64,000 nucleotides of DNA. Source: Mizuhopecten yessoensis (lineage: Eukaryota). The stretch's first letter is position 1. Every line of letters starts with the position of its first letter. The stretch spans positions 744,028 to 808,027 of the forward strand of contig NW_018404269.1 in NCBI RefSeq assembly GCF_002113885.1, in the 5' to 3' direction. Shown piece by piece: positions 1 through 29,617 of this stretch. A program made the position numbers and the translations under genes. Below the pieces are notes generated by a model that was not told the origin of the DNA, did not search any database, and was given only the letters and a program-made list of their open reading frames with translations.

Positions 1-800
1 TATATGAATAGCTTCTTCCCTTCTACAATGGTAAAATGGAATGCACTTGATAGCACTGTACGAGACTCCATCTCAATTTCAACTTTTAAAAAGAAACTTA
101 AAAAAATCTTTGATATACCGTCTCAGAAACTTTTATTAACTGTGTTCCGAGGAAACTTAACATAATTTTATGTCAGCTAAGAAATTTTAAAAGTGATCTT
201 AACTTTGATAAGTTACAAGACCATCTGATTGATGATGCTTCCTGTGTATGTGGTGTACAGAGGGAAGATCTAATATATTTTTTCTTTCAATGTCCTCTGT
301 ATTCAAATATTAGGCATCATATTACCACTATTTATAATCTAGTAGGATATTTAAATCTGCACTGTTTAGTATATGGTATCAGGTATTAGTAATGCATCCG
401 ACCAATTAAATAAAACTATTCTTATACATGTTGACTCTTATATTAAATCATCAAAACGTTTCGTGACTTATACGTGGTAGATAAATTCCAAATTAATATT
501 CATGTATTGTTATTATTATTATTATTCAGGCAAATTTTATCCCTTAAATAACGAGTATTAGACATAAGCTGGTGTGGGTGTGGGTGTGGGTGTGCATGAG
601 TGTGAGAGGAAAACGAATCACAACATTTTATATATTTAAGCATTGTACATAGCTACCGGAAATAGAAGAAGACAGATGTAGGCAAAGCCTGTTGTCTTAT
701 TCTTTTGTCAATACTGTTCTAATATCTTCTTTAATGTTAACTTATATGTTTGTATTATATATGTATTGTCAATAAAATACTTTTGAAATTGAAAGAAGAA
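1..800 (+). mobile_element. 3' end of a decayed CR1/L2-group LINE
   Basis: Reads YMNSFFPSTMVKWNALD..STFKKKLK then, after a frameshift, QLRNFKSDLN..CVCG..FFFQCPLY (typical C-terminal LINE ORF2 motifs), followed by a 3'UTR with AATAAA at ~771 and a (GAA)n tail. Confidence 0.7.
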
Positions 801-825
801 GAAGAATGAAATTAAGGTATCTTAC

Positions 826-882
826 CTGAGTAGAACAAAAGGAGAAAACAGTCTGAAGTCTCTGCGTCAAAGTTTTCCCCAT
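826..882 (-). CDS. Possible first coding exon of an unidentified gene continuing left out of the window
   Basis: ATG at 882 reads MGKTLTQRLQTVFSFCSTQ (19 codons) into a strong donor CAG|GTAAGA at 826/825, just downstream of a CRE-motif cluster. No homology recognised. Confidence 0.3.
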
Positions 883-964
883 TATCGAAGTATATAGCAA
901 AGTTTAAGAGATTGATGATGAATGCTGCTGAATGCTTGCAAGCTTACATTAGTAAGTAACTAAG

Positions 965-1054
965 TGACGTAATTGTTTTTGTGACGTCACAATACATGTA
1001 TAATCCGGGGAATCAAAGGTCAGGAAAGGTGAACAATCAGTGTTTTTGACGTCA
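965..1054. promoter_or_regulatory. Cluster of CRE/ATF-like motifs
   Basis: TGACGTAA 965-972, GTGACGTCAC 981-990, TGACGTCA 1047-1054 within 90 bp of AT-rich DNA. Confidence 0.35.
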
Positions 1055-1329
1055 TAATGATTCGTACGTTCTTTTTTCGTCTATTTATAGTACACATTAA
1101 TTGCACATATTGTGATACCGTTACGCTCCAAAAAGATGGCAACGTATCGGGAGCAAAATGATTACAAAGCCTTTTGGAGTGTATATCTGGTGATTAAAAA
1201 AATCACCAGATATACAACAAAATGTTTTGCTAATGTTTACTTATATTTATAGTATCGGTACGAAGAATTAAGAAGGAAGTCCTCAGAAAAACAGGTATAC
1301 TTTTTGGCGAAAATATCGTCTTATTTTGT

Positions 1330-2260
1330 AAAATGTTTCTTAGATTTAACCTCAAATACTCTTAATCTATTATGGCTTCGTGTGTTTGAATATTCTTTAA
1401 TTGAAAATATTTTTTGTGACTTCCTTTTTCCCGGAAATAATTTTATAAACATCTATCACACCACCGCATGATTTTCTATAACCTAATGTTGGTAATATTA
1501 AGAATTGGAAAGTCCTGGTACTTGTTTCTTCCCTTGACGTTGAACATTTTCTATTGCTATTAAATGCTCTTCTAACCATGGGCACCAAACTTGATTGGCA
1601 TACTCTAGCTACTACAGTTAAAAAGTATGGATGTTAATTAGGTACTCAATTGCTCTCAGCAATATGTCCATAATAAAATTTGCTTCATTAATCTTCCCGC
1701 ATATGCGCTTATCAAATGTTAGTTATCATCTTTTGGGGTTCCAATGTCCTTTTCCGAATTTGAATAGTGGTAAACGTTCCTTCAGGGTGTAGTTGAGTGT
1801 ATATTAATGTTTGTGATTCCCACCCGCATCAATTTACATTTGTCGGGCAGAAGTGTAGCTGCCAAATTTCTGATAATGTTTTTTTGAAAATATACATTCT
1901 GTTGCATAATAATACAACCTTGTTAATTATCTTTCGCTCTGACAGCGAAAAGGTATAAAAAAATTTAAAAAAATGACCCTAGCACCGAGCCTTGTGGAAT
2001 ACCACTTACGAATTCGTACATATTATTAAGTTGAAATAAAGACCATTACATATCGAGGTCAAATAAAAACAATAAAATTGCTGTATAAACTATTATAAGT
2101 ACAAATCTTTCTGCAATGATATGGTATGTTAAGAGCAGTATCTGCCTTGTACGGAAGCCCTGGAGGGACATTTTTAGTCAACTAAATAATAACAAATAAG
2201 GAATAACAAATAAGTAGAAATAAATAAGGGCTTCCGTAGCCTTGACATTTATAGTTGATC
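1330..2260 (-). mobile_element. Heavily decayed LINE reverse-transcriptase fragment
   Basis: Minus strand gives VSGIPQGSVLG (~2009-1977) and LEYANQVWCP (~1610-1580), conserved CR1-group RT motifs, with many stops and frameshifts. Boundaries approximate. Confidence 0.7.
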
Positions 2261-2941
2261 ATCATTAAAATGAACTAGATACGTATTGTGTAGCATTGAA
2301 ACATCATCAAATTAACAACAGCCAGTTTGCCTTGGCAATCTATAGAATTTCTATAGAATTTCTCAAAATATTTTGGTGGAGTACAAATGCATTTTTTTTT
2401 ATTTTCTGAAACAAAAACAAAGGCAAAATTATGACCTAAAAAATATTTACCAATCCCTTATAATACTGAACGTCCTCCATATAGGGTGTATTTCAGAAAA
2501 AAATGCGCACTTCAGTTAATGTTTTTTAACCAGGGCATGTCCACATAAAATGTTGACAACGATAATTTCAAACCTTTAACACTTGGCGATCCACGTTGTC
2601 TCATTTTTATATATTGATAAAAAAGAGACATATTTGACAAACTAGATCCAAGCGCGACGGTCAATCAATCTGATTAGACGGTCAAGCAACTGGCGCGTAG
2701 CGTACATTTACGTCATTGGAATGGACTCCCAACGAGTATCATTTTTGGGGTGGTATTCTTACCGACAGTTGATCTAACTAAACCCCTTAATCTTGTAAAA
2801 TTACTCTGGAGATCTTAGTTTGATCCAAAGATATAAAGCTTATGTAACAAAATTCTCGTGTCCCTGTGCTTGTGATGATAAGCAAGCCGGGTATTATATT
2901 CGAGGGGCAAAATTTGTAAGAACACCGAATAAATACAGACG

Positions 2942-5900
2942 ATGGGACGGATAGGTATTCTTGTTTTGTTTCTCCTTCTCGCTGTGACATGGGAAAATAT
3001 CCCTGACGTCTGGAAAGGCAGACTGCCCTTGTTCCATTCCGGCACTTTGCAAACCAATAGTGGATACGAAAAGAAAAGAGGTAAAGGAAAGTACATCCCG
3101 CTAGCCACACTTATCAAAATGACCGTGCTCCGACAGCAAATTTTATCTCTTTATACCGGTGTCATAATTCTTTACCTGACTTGGCTTTATCGTACAGGTG
3201 TATATATTTTATTTGATAATTTAATAGATCTCTCTGTCGTGGTAATTAATCGTCGATATGATGTTACTCTAGATCTATGTACCACGATCGATATCCACCC
3301 GTCACAGCAGCTCAGTGATAATCGTACCGTATTTAACCATTTAAACGCACAATGACAAAATTAGTCCGTGTATCACCGAAACCAAAATTTAAAGTTCTGG
3401 ATGTGAAATATCAAAAACGTTGAAAAAATAATGTATTTAAAAAGTTATTATCAGAACTTAGTAAAATTTAAAAGAAAGTTACGTAAATTCAACTTTTGGC
3501 AGCCATGTGGTATAATAAACTATTTCAGAGAGAAAGCATGTACACTTAATACATGTAGTCATTCAGGGGAGACAAATTATACTGGTCGTGTTCGTCATGT
3601 CCTCAGCCACACATTTGTGACACATTTGACAAAATTTCAGCCCCAATATATAAACGAATCGTGAACCGATATGCCAATACCTCGACTATAAATAATAGTT
3701 GTAACTTTGGTAGATCTGAATGTTTACTGGTGTACATGTATGGCCAGTCAATTCAAGCACCTCATGTGCATTCAATTTTAGGGAATCATGCTGTTTATTT
3801 AAAACTTCTATATTTATTTACATGTTACAAAATTAAATCAGTTGTATTTCATTGATTAATTGATTTAAGAGCTTTAAGTGATGTTAAGGAACCTTGTCCC
3901 TATTGCACTGGTTTTTCGTACATACATGCAGTAACCTCCCCCTTAATTCATCCTCGATATCCAGGGGTTACGCTTACTTTCGCTTTCTGCACCCCTGGAA
4001 TATGTCATAGCAAAATCGAAGGCACGTGGCTAGCTATTTGATTGGTGTCGGGTAAAAAAATCCTGACCAATCACTAGGCTGATACTTGTCCTTTGAAGAT
4101 TACAGAGGAACAACGCCCGACTTCAAAGCCAGTAAGTTTTACCGTTACGCGACCAGATTCTTGCCCAAAAGGTTGTGCACACTGAGCCTTCGATTTTGCT
4201 ACGATACATTCCAGGGGTGTAGAAAGCGAAAATGAGCGTAACCCCTGGATATTGAGGATGCCCTTAACTTCGTTTAGGATATAACTGTAGAAATGTTGGC
4301 CAGGATACTTCCATTGACCAGGTACTGTAGCTCAGTAAAATATAACATGTAGCTAAGGTGATAGTCATACTCACTCACTGAAGTCCAAGGTTCAAATCCC
4401 AGTGTAACCCATATATTTGTAACTCGAACACTGTTGATGATTAATATTTTGTTCATTTCATCTTTGTTGTTTTTCATAAAAGACCCGTTAGGTATGGTTT
4501 TCTTTTCGGAATAGATTTATCAAAGCTATAGTCATGCCAGAAAAATCTGTTCCAATGCTTAGTCATAGTTTAACTTTTGGCAGTGGTACAGGGATCTTTA
4601 ATACATTTTGATATTGCATGACGGTCTTCTATCTTCATTTGCAGGTCTTCGTATTTTCATTAAGTAAAGATATCCAAACATGGCAGAAGTACAATTGGAC
4701 AAAGATAAGCACTGTCGTCATGGTCGGTTACTATAGTGACGAAATGATGTGTCTTGCGCATAGTAACGGGGCCCGGGTTGTCACAATAGGTACATGTTTA
4801 TTTTTGAAATTCCATTTATTTTAGATGATACATTGTATAAGGAAATGTGTCTAGTACACATACACATTTGTTGAAAAGATAAATTCATTGAGTGATACAT
4901 GTACCACTAAAACTTTTTGAGTATTGCTCAAGTTGAGATCAAATATTTCATTTTCAAAACAAAAATCGATCACTTGATAAATATGTACATGTTGTTCAAA
5001 GCTGGCAATCTTAATAAAAAAACACTATTTTATTAAATTGAAAAGATATTCGATCTGAAGTAACCATTCGAAAGAGTGAAGTTGATGGTCTAGTTGTCTG
5101 TTATTTGATGCAGTATTAGTAAATGTTCGATAAATCATATTATTACCGGGAATACTTTGAAATTTTGATAATTATGTTGGTTGTATGTAAAAGATCCCTG
5201 TTTATACTAACTCATCTTCTTGTCTAAGTTATTTGATTAAACAAATTTTAAACAACCTTGACAATCTTGTTTGACTGCAGCGGGTGTTCCCACAGAATAC
5301 CTGACAAACGCTACCCTCCAGGAGGAGTGGGTGACAAAGTATCTGGCCGTCGTCACCCAGAACCACCTAGACGGGATCAACTTTGATTACGAAAACCCTA
5401 TTCCAGCTGAGAGGACAGACTTGAGGGACGGATACACAGCATTGGTCAGACGGACCTATAAGACGTTCAAACAATACAATCCATCATATCAGGTTAATGA
5501 TCTAATATAAATATATGTTACCCAGCATTCAAGGTTAACCAAGTTAACTCATTTAGCCCTGCATATTTAAACTGGACTTGACATTTCTTTGATTTGGTAT
5601 GTCAAATGTGACTTTAGGGGTGAGTGGGTAAATTGAGTTACAAAGCATTTCAGGCAAACCAAGCTGCTTTCAGTCGCTAAGCATTTCGGGTCAATCATCC
5701 TTGAAACACCAGGGGTTACGCTTACTTACATACTTTTGCACCCGTGGATTACAAAGGAGTTAGTTTTACCATTACATTGCTGTGCAATTTGTTTGATGTA
5801 GATCAAAGAATCACAATGGTATACTTGTATCAGTCACAGGTGGCGCATACAGAGCCTCGAGCTTAAAATCCTAAATATTCCACGTTGCAAAGAATGTGAG

Positions 5901-8875
5901 AGAATGTAACTCCTGGAGTTTCAAGGATGCAGGGCAATGAAATACTTTCAGTAGCCAAGCATTCCAGTCAAAACATCAAATTAGTCATGTCAACTTTACA
6001 TACAGTTAATTTCAAATCGCCATACGTAAATGCTTAGAAAAAAAACACTTTATTTTTGCTTAATGAAGAACTCCAATTGTTTAAGGCACAACAAAAGGCA
6101 AATGTGAATGTCATAGATAGCGGAACAAAACATCTGTAATGTATTACCATAACCAGAAAATTGACAGGGTCTGAGGTTAAATAGACTTTTCTTGGTCTGT
6201 AATTATGGGTTATAAAGCCTTAAAATTTCAGTCATGTCGTAGTGGCATAAAACAATCAGGTTGGCAACAACTTGCATGCTCAACCCTTCGTTTTTATACA
6301 TGATCATCTCTGGGTTATTGATTAAGAATAAAAGTAAACCATCATTTGGAAATTTCATTTTAGTTAAATGTATGCACATACAAATGGAACATAATAACCA
6401 TTTTTGATACTGAACGAAAAAAAAGAATCAAATCACTACATTTTTCCCACAGATAACGGTGGACGTGGCGTGGTCCCCAGCCTGTATTGACCAGCGTTGC
6501 TATGACTACAAGACTCTAGCTACAGTCACCGACTTCCTGTTTGTCATGTCCTACGATGAACAGAGTCAGATCCGTGGCCCGTGTGTGGCGTTGGCTAACT
6601 CCGGATTCTACAAAACACAATCAGGTTTGATTCGATCCTATTAAATGTGGTTTAGCTTTGTTATGTGTCTGTTGTACGCATCCATGTCTGATACTTACTG
6701 TGTACATGCTTGACGTTTTCTGTTCATCTAGGTTCCCGTTTTCTGTACACATGTCTCCTCTCTGTTTCAGGCATACAGAAGTACTTTCACCTGGGCATAC
6801 AATCAGAAAAGTTGGTACTAGGTGTCCCCTGGTATGGCTACTACTACCCCTGTGTGGCCGTAACAAAGGTATGATCTGGTGTATTGACAGGATATGTATA
6901 TATTCACAAAGGTTTTATATTCTGACGGAAATAGCAAGACCACACGAAAACCATGTCGGTTACTCATAACAATGATTCTTAACATAACACAAACTATATA
7001 TAGAGACTAGACGCATAGTAACAAAACCTCAACTTCATAAACTTACTCACATTGGTTGTCTACATGTATAAACTTCATTTGCCTAGAGAGGAATGCATGT
7101 ATAAAATAGCCTGTATCGTGTGTAACAATTTTTGTTTTGTGCCATTTAAGCGGGTTGGCATTATCAATGAGCGTCTGCAAATAAAACCAATTGTAAGAAG
7201 AAATATAACATCTATCATACAGCACAAAACAGTTTAGCAACTCATTGGTTTTTCTTCTGAAAGAGGTATACATCCAAAACTGAACAGAAATGGCCTTGTC
7301 TCATCTGATTTTCTCCAGCTACATTATGTAGTTTTTTTGTGTTGACGCTGTGGTATGTTTTTGTGCGTTGATGCATTGATTTTGTTTTGGTGTCAACGCT
7401 ATCATGTTTTGTTTTTGTGTGTGGACACCATTATGTTAAAGGGGCTGGTCGGAAAAAAAAATGTCATATTTGCTAAAATGACATACACATGTTTAAAATA
7501 CCTTCTTATGAAATATACCGATTCAAATTTTGTTGAAATTCACTCCATGAGACTAAAAATGACCCAAATCAGTGATGTAATTTTACCGCATGCGCGTCAT
7601 CAACAAGGCCAAAGGTAAACATCGCTGCGAAAGAAAAAGATGCATGCAAAAGTCATGACAGGCACAAGGTATCAATACCGTTATATAACACAACAACATA
7701 TAGGTAGGAATACTACACTTGCATCATACATGACCTTTGAAAACAATTATTTACGTATAGTATTGCTGTCTTGTCAGCTAGTTGAGTCCGACATGGCTGA
7801 TAGACAGCGTGCTATTGTTGTTATCTTCACTGCCTCACTTTCGAAACAACCACGCGACATATATAAATAGATCTGCGCTAAATTGACGCGGGGCTTCCCC
7901 AATATTTTAGTGGTCAAAACTGGACATTGCAAGCAGAACTCGACCATCAAATTGCTGTGGTATAACTTTTGGAAGGCCAGAGAACGCATTTAGACCCATT
8001 AATTTTGTAATTTTTTCCCTGACCAGCCCCTCTAATGTATACGGTTATGTACCATGTGTAATACAACAGTTACAGTATATACCCTTACATTACAACAGGA
8101 CAATACATGTAGTATCAAACATGTGCCGTTCCGAGGTGTAAACTGTAGTGACGCCGCCGGAAGAGAGATGGACTACAGCTTCTTCATGCGCATCATCCAA
8201 AACTCAACGACTGGACGACTGTGGGAGACTTCTACTCTCACTCCGTATTTCAACTACAAAGATAACGTACGTAAACCACGTAGCCTGCATAAAGCTTAAA
8301 TTTAACTCTTATTATGTGGCTTGGTGTAACCTAAATCAAACGCATAGAAGTGCTACCTTGAAACAAATAACCCGAAGCAGACAGACATAGAAGGAGTGTT
8401 AAAATGTTAATATTACACTAGAAGATAAATAATGTTTTTAAAAAGCACCACAAACTAAAAATAAGTCATTAATCTAGAGAAATCAAAGAGAAGAACAATT
8501 AGAGGATTTCTGGGTTTTAAGGGTAAATGAATACTTACTTGATCTAGCTACATTCTTGAGAGGTACAGATCCAACACTCCACTCTTATTTCACTGTACTT
8601 GTATTTTGACCTTCATTTTGAAGGTTTTTGACGACACGTGTTTCAAATTTTTTGCTTTCTTTTCTTTTCTATGACTTAAACAGGGAACAACCTACCAGAT
8701 CAGGTACGAGGACCCTGTGAGTTTGAAATTCAAGTTTGATATGGCGCTCCAGTATGACCTGCGTGGAGTAGGAATATGGAATGCGGATGCATTGGATTAT
8801 GCTCACGACACACCGGACGTACTTCATCAACGTGCTCAGATGTGGCAAGCATTTCCGGATTACAAGAAAAAGTGA
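2942..8875 (+). CDS. CTBS: Di-N-acetylchitobiase (GH18 lysosomal chitobiase), 7 exons; apparent frameshift in exon 1
   Basis: Exons 2942-3080, 4645-4789, 5281-5492, 6453-6624, 6771-6868, 8099-8266, 8684-8875; all GT-AG and phase-consistent from 3021 onward. Motifs: DCPC..LCKPI, EVFVF, MCLAHSNGARVV, catalytic DGINFDYE, DVAWSP, FVMSYDEQSQ, KLVLGVPWYGY, VPFRGVNCSDAAG, LRGVGIWNADALDY. The hydrophobic N-terminus MGRIGILVLFLLLAV is in a different frame from DCPC (see findings). About 374 aa if one base is removed. Confidence 0.93.
3949..4260. mobile_element. MITE with long terminal inverted repeats and 9-bp TSD
   Basis: CATCCTCGATATCCAGGGGTTACGCT...AGCGTAACCCCTGGATATTGAGGATG, flanked by CCCTTAATT / CCCTTAACT. 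Confidence 0.85.
5696..5929. mobile_element. Second MITE with the same terminal inverted repeat family
   Basis: CATCCTTGAAACACCAGGGGTTAC...GTAACTCCTGGAGTTTCAAGGATG; flanks CGGGTCAAT / CAGGGCAAT (7/9 match). Confidence 0.75.
7440..8031. mobile_element. Non-autonomous DNA transposon, Kolobok-like (TTAA site, AG...CT ends)
   Basis: TTAA|AGGGGCTGGTCGGAAAAAAA ... TTTTTTCCCTGACCAGCCCCT|CTAA. Confidence 0.7.
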
Positions 8876-9285
8876 CAACTCTATACACAGTGATCTTCAT
8901 TATACATACAAATAATTTAAGATTATTTTCTCTCAAAATGTATTTGATACTTATTTACCACTTACTTTATAAGTTGGTTCTTCAACTAGACAATATATGT
9001 TTGTCAAAGTGATGGGGATGGTTACACTGCTGATCATGCTACAGCATAGCTAATATTTTCAGCAAAAAATGTGATTGTTACTTTACTTTATTAAAAGTTG
9101 AATACAATGATAAAATAGTTAACTGTTATTAAATTTCATTAAAAACAGATGTTTTTGTTAATATTTTCATAGAAGAGGTGTCCTTTTGGGCTTTGCAATA
9201 TATTTGCTATGCATGATTTATACAAAGATACAATCTACATTCCTTATCATTGATGATTGTACTGGATGTATACTTTTTTTTTAGA

Positions 9286-9291
9286 AATAAA
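9286..9291 (+). other. Likely CTBS polyadenylation signal
   Basis: AATAAA about 410 nt after the stop, followed by a GT/T-rich stretch. Confidence 0.45.
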
Positions 9292-11012
9292 CAAATATTT
9301 ATATATTTCTTACCGAAAGTTGTTCTGTTTTCCTATTATATTTATCTTTGATATGCAATGAACCCATGGCATGGTGCACCTTCTAGCGTCAAATTTAAAA
9401 AAAATCAAACACTGTTATTGGTAGCACAATGAAGTTGGCATCAGATCTGCACCATCACAAGGAGGCAAATACACAACATACCCTGCCCGAAGCACTCATG
9501 CAAGCATACACAGCACACATGACGGCATGTCCTCAATGACGTTAGCTGTTGACAGGATGTGTAACCCTGAACAACCAAATTGAATTTTTTAGTCCTGTTT
9601 TTCTATTTAATGCATGGACAATGCAACTTTGACAGCAAAAAGTATCAATCACATGACAAGACAGGTTTCTACAGCAAGTTAGTGTACTGCATTATAGATT
9701 TTCTCTACTAAATGAATTTCTAAATGAACTAGTTTCCTATTTGGCAAGAAAAGATGAAGGCTTAATGATGCATATTGGCATGTTATGTACAATTTATTGA
9801 TATTTTTTTACAAAAAGATAACAAAAATGTTAAACTTGTTTCCAGGTATGACCAGCATACACAGTATCCATCTAACCAGTCATGTTCTCTTCACACAGCA
9901 AGTCAACCAGTCTTGCACACAATGTACAAATATTAGTCATACAAATTCACACACCAAATCATCCGTCAAATCTACCCTCCCTCTCATCTAAATTCATTCG
10001 AGGTACAGAATAACTAGAACTGATTCTTTACGAAATCTTCATGTTAACAAACATATTCATGAATGTGCTGGAGATAAATTTAATGTATTACCTTTGTATC
10101 AATTATTTTCATCAGACACTATTTTAAGAGAAACGAAAGAAGACCAACTGACGTCACGTTACTATTGTAGTGTGATGACATGTAATTGTGACGTCACGAC
10201 GTTGTTCTTTTGAATAAACCTGAAGAGCCCTGTGAAGGGTGAAAGCAGCTAGTTTTTTAGTCGGTCGTTAATCTTTTTTTTTCTATATTTACCTCCTTTA
10301 CATGGACATTTAATCCCTTTTTTATATATATATATATATATAAACATGTTTTTTCTGTTCATAGTTTAAATTATGTTTTGACTGATACAAAACCACTAGC
10401 CCAAAATATCCCAAAATATGCATTTTACATGACTGTGATTGTGTACTTGTCAAAATAAAGTAAAAACTAGAAACTGTAATGTCCCCCTACCCCTGTAGTC
10501 TGTAAACTGATGACTAAGAATATGTTGACAAAATAACAATGGGTGACCAATAATAGCAACAGTGACCTTTGACATTTGATGAAAATCTGTTGAGAAATAA
10601 AAGTTGGTAGAGCTGTGACGATGAATCGTTATGGGATTGTTCCCCCCATTGGAGAGAGGGATACAAAATTATACCTTCATTGTTGTCATTATTACCAGTG
10701 GTCTATTGACCTGACAGCTATTTTGACCAGCTGTGTTTTTTTGACAATATCATGTAAATGTGAGTTACAGCACAGTGGAATTAGAAGTGTTAAACATTTT
10801 TATCATGATTCACTTGTCATTATGAATCCAACTGAAGAGCTCCAATAGGTTCCATTATGTAATTTCCATTACATCCTCAAACTTTTCTGTATGTATAGCT
10901 TTCACATTGCTGACAGTCACACGTAAAACAGTCTTTAAGTTTACATTCACAACTCAAAATCTAAGGCACACAGTTGGCTTCCATGACTTCATAAAAGAAA
11001 TCCCTTTGTAGA

Positions 11013-27082
<16,070 letters not shown>

Positions 27083-27847
27083 GGCTGTTAATATGATCAA
27101 ATCGTCATAAAAATATAAACAGAACCATGTTTTGATTTCCAGACGGTTTCCCACGTTTGACGCTGATTAAAATCATCGTCGTACATACGTTTTACAAAAG
27201 AACACTCTTGAGACGACCCATGAAATCGAGGCCGCTATCGTTTCTTCAGTCTAAATAGTCCAGATGTTCTAGATATTTCGTGATAATCTGGCACATTATT
27301 TTTGTCAAAATAGCAACAAATTAAAGAATAATGTATTTTTATCTCTTTAGTATAGATATATAGATACCGTTAGGCTTAAATGTGTTTATATAAGTATATT
27401 TTTCGGGAAAATTAAAACGGTTGTACCGGATAAATAAAAGCAGACCAATAGTGAGGGTGCGTTCGCTCCACGAATGAAATGAGTGTTACTAATTACAGCC
27501 CCATGTACTTGTAGTATTCTAGCAATAATTTCCGCTAGATTTACTCATAATACTGCAATGTAACCAAGCATATTATTTCAATACACATAGAAATTAGTTA
27601 TTGTGTAAAACCTGATGCTGGAACAATGGGATGTAACTCCTAAGTGCGGCACGTCGATTTACCCAATACTACACAATACAACACAAAATAAAGTTGATTT
27701 TACCCAATACAAGTTCCGATCATGAATGTTGTACGGAACCGTTTTTTTTCTTCTTTTGACTCCTACATATTACAAAATCGTTATAAAATATATAATCCAT
27801 AACATATTGTGATCTATGCTGGACCGCTTTCGTGTATTGCGATACAA

Positions 27848-28047
27848 ACGGTTGAACCGATTGGACCACAGTTTTTCGTTTATGAAATAAGGTCGGACCT
27901 AGTGACCAGATGCTGTTTTCAGGCGAGCCTTGAAAAAGCCTTGTAAGGCCTGCATAAACATAAGCAGATCCGCTAGGATTTATACTAAAAAGTTACATTT
28001 ATAAACAGACGAACCGGTTGTTCCGCATAAACGATCGAACAGGCCCC
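27848..28047. mobile_element. Dispersed ~200-bp repeat, copy 2
   Basis: Same sequence family as 18528-18731. Confidence 0.7.
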
Positions 28048-29434
28048 TTACCAGGCTGATGTACAACCAGAGGAGACATATTTTGAGATATTAAGATCAT
28101 AGTTCGTTTTGATTGTAAAACTAGAGACGTTACTTTATACGACTCTGGTAAGCTAATTTGTTTCCCAAAACGGCCAAGGATTAAGTCTGCAGTGTATGAG
28201 TGAAATGGCGCGATGACTCCCAAAACAAAACGAACGTCTCTGTTAAAAAAAAAGAGAGTTCTGATTGAGCAAAAGACCTAGACCGGTCCCTACTACATAA
28301 AGATACTTTTAAACTTGCGTCTCATGTATGAGGTAATTTTAAACTAATCGCCATAATCCTGTTGCTTTGGTAAACATATCTGAGTTTTGTATTTTCATCA
28401 TACTTTATACCCGATACGTATTGACTCGGTCGGGTGGTCACCGCACCTATCTTATGTAGCATATCTAACTTCATATAGCAAAGTCGCTGTGATGAATTTT
28501 TCATTTCTTTGTAGCCCAGTGCACATGACGTCAAGCATGAAGTATATTTTCCTGTGGATTGTAAAAATGTTCCTGTACATTCAACACGTCGTGTGTTTGC
28601 TCACTAAACCATGAATTAAGCCAGCAAGCTCCCATAAGCATTTTGATAGCTGTATTATCTACAGTCCACCTTATTCAGTTCGCGCCTGTGCGATAGAAAT
28701 AAGATATAACTTTGCACGGGCCTGCCTGCTCCTCAGACGAGGTCGCCCAAAGATTAGGGTAAGCTTTCCTTCTATATTCAACTTCCTTACTTCTAAAATT
28801 CGAATAGACTTGTAACGTTGCAGATCAGTTGCTCATATTTGTAGCTTTCATTTAAACTGAGCAAGAAATCAAATTCAGATATATGGGTCAATGGTGGTTT
28901 TTCGAGAATAATAAACATCTTTTTGGCGAATATTCACAAGGGATACCCATTAAGTGTACATGTGTAAATTAACGATTATTGTCATTTCCTCATAAAATTT
29001 CACTACTTATATATATATATACCAAAGCTGTATCTCCATACTTTATCAAAATCGGAGGTGTATAGTCTTATCGCTTCTTGGTTTGAAGTTTTTACCAGTC
29101 TTTTCACTCTGCAACATATGTGGATTTATTCTGAAATGACTACCATTTTTTCCTCTCTCCCCTCGAAAAAGTGAATGCAACCCCACCCTCCGCTGCTTAC
29201 GCGGCTATGACTGGTTTGCTTTCTCAACACATTTTACGGGTGAATGAAGACATCGCCATTGGGTGCTTGAATCAGGGGAATTAACCATTTATTTATTTTT
29301 ACAAATATAACAGTTACAATCCACCTTCCCTACGGTAATGTCCACTTAGTCATTGAAAACTAAAGGAAAATTGAATATCAAATTTTCTGCTCTCCTTAAT
29401 TTATTTAATTATTTTTAAATATTTTGTATGATGA

Positions 29435-29617
29435 CGCAATACAAAAACTCATTCTTCGTACCACGGACGTACAGTTATAGAGTGGAAACGTAGTATGTGC
29501 CCCTAATTTGGAGGCCTTTAAGAGTGCTATAACGCACCAAAAATCAAATTGAACTGCTCTCTCTGTCTCCCGTTGTAAAAACAACGGAACCGGGTACTAC
29601 AACGTACAGATACAGAC
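29435..29617 (+). mobile_element. Short LINE 3'-end relic
   Basis: YKNSFFVPRT-like remnant followed by a TACAGATACAGA tail, the same tail type as the LINE at 62850-63857. Confidence 0.5.

Noticed and set aside
2942-3355. 137-aa ORF as a stand-alone secreted protein
   Set aside because: It is CTBS exon 1 read in the signal-peptide frame and on into intron 1.
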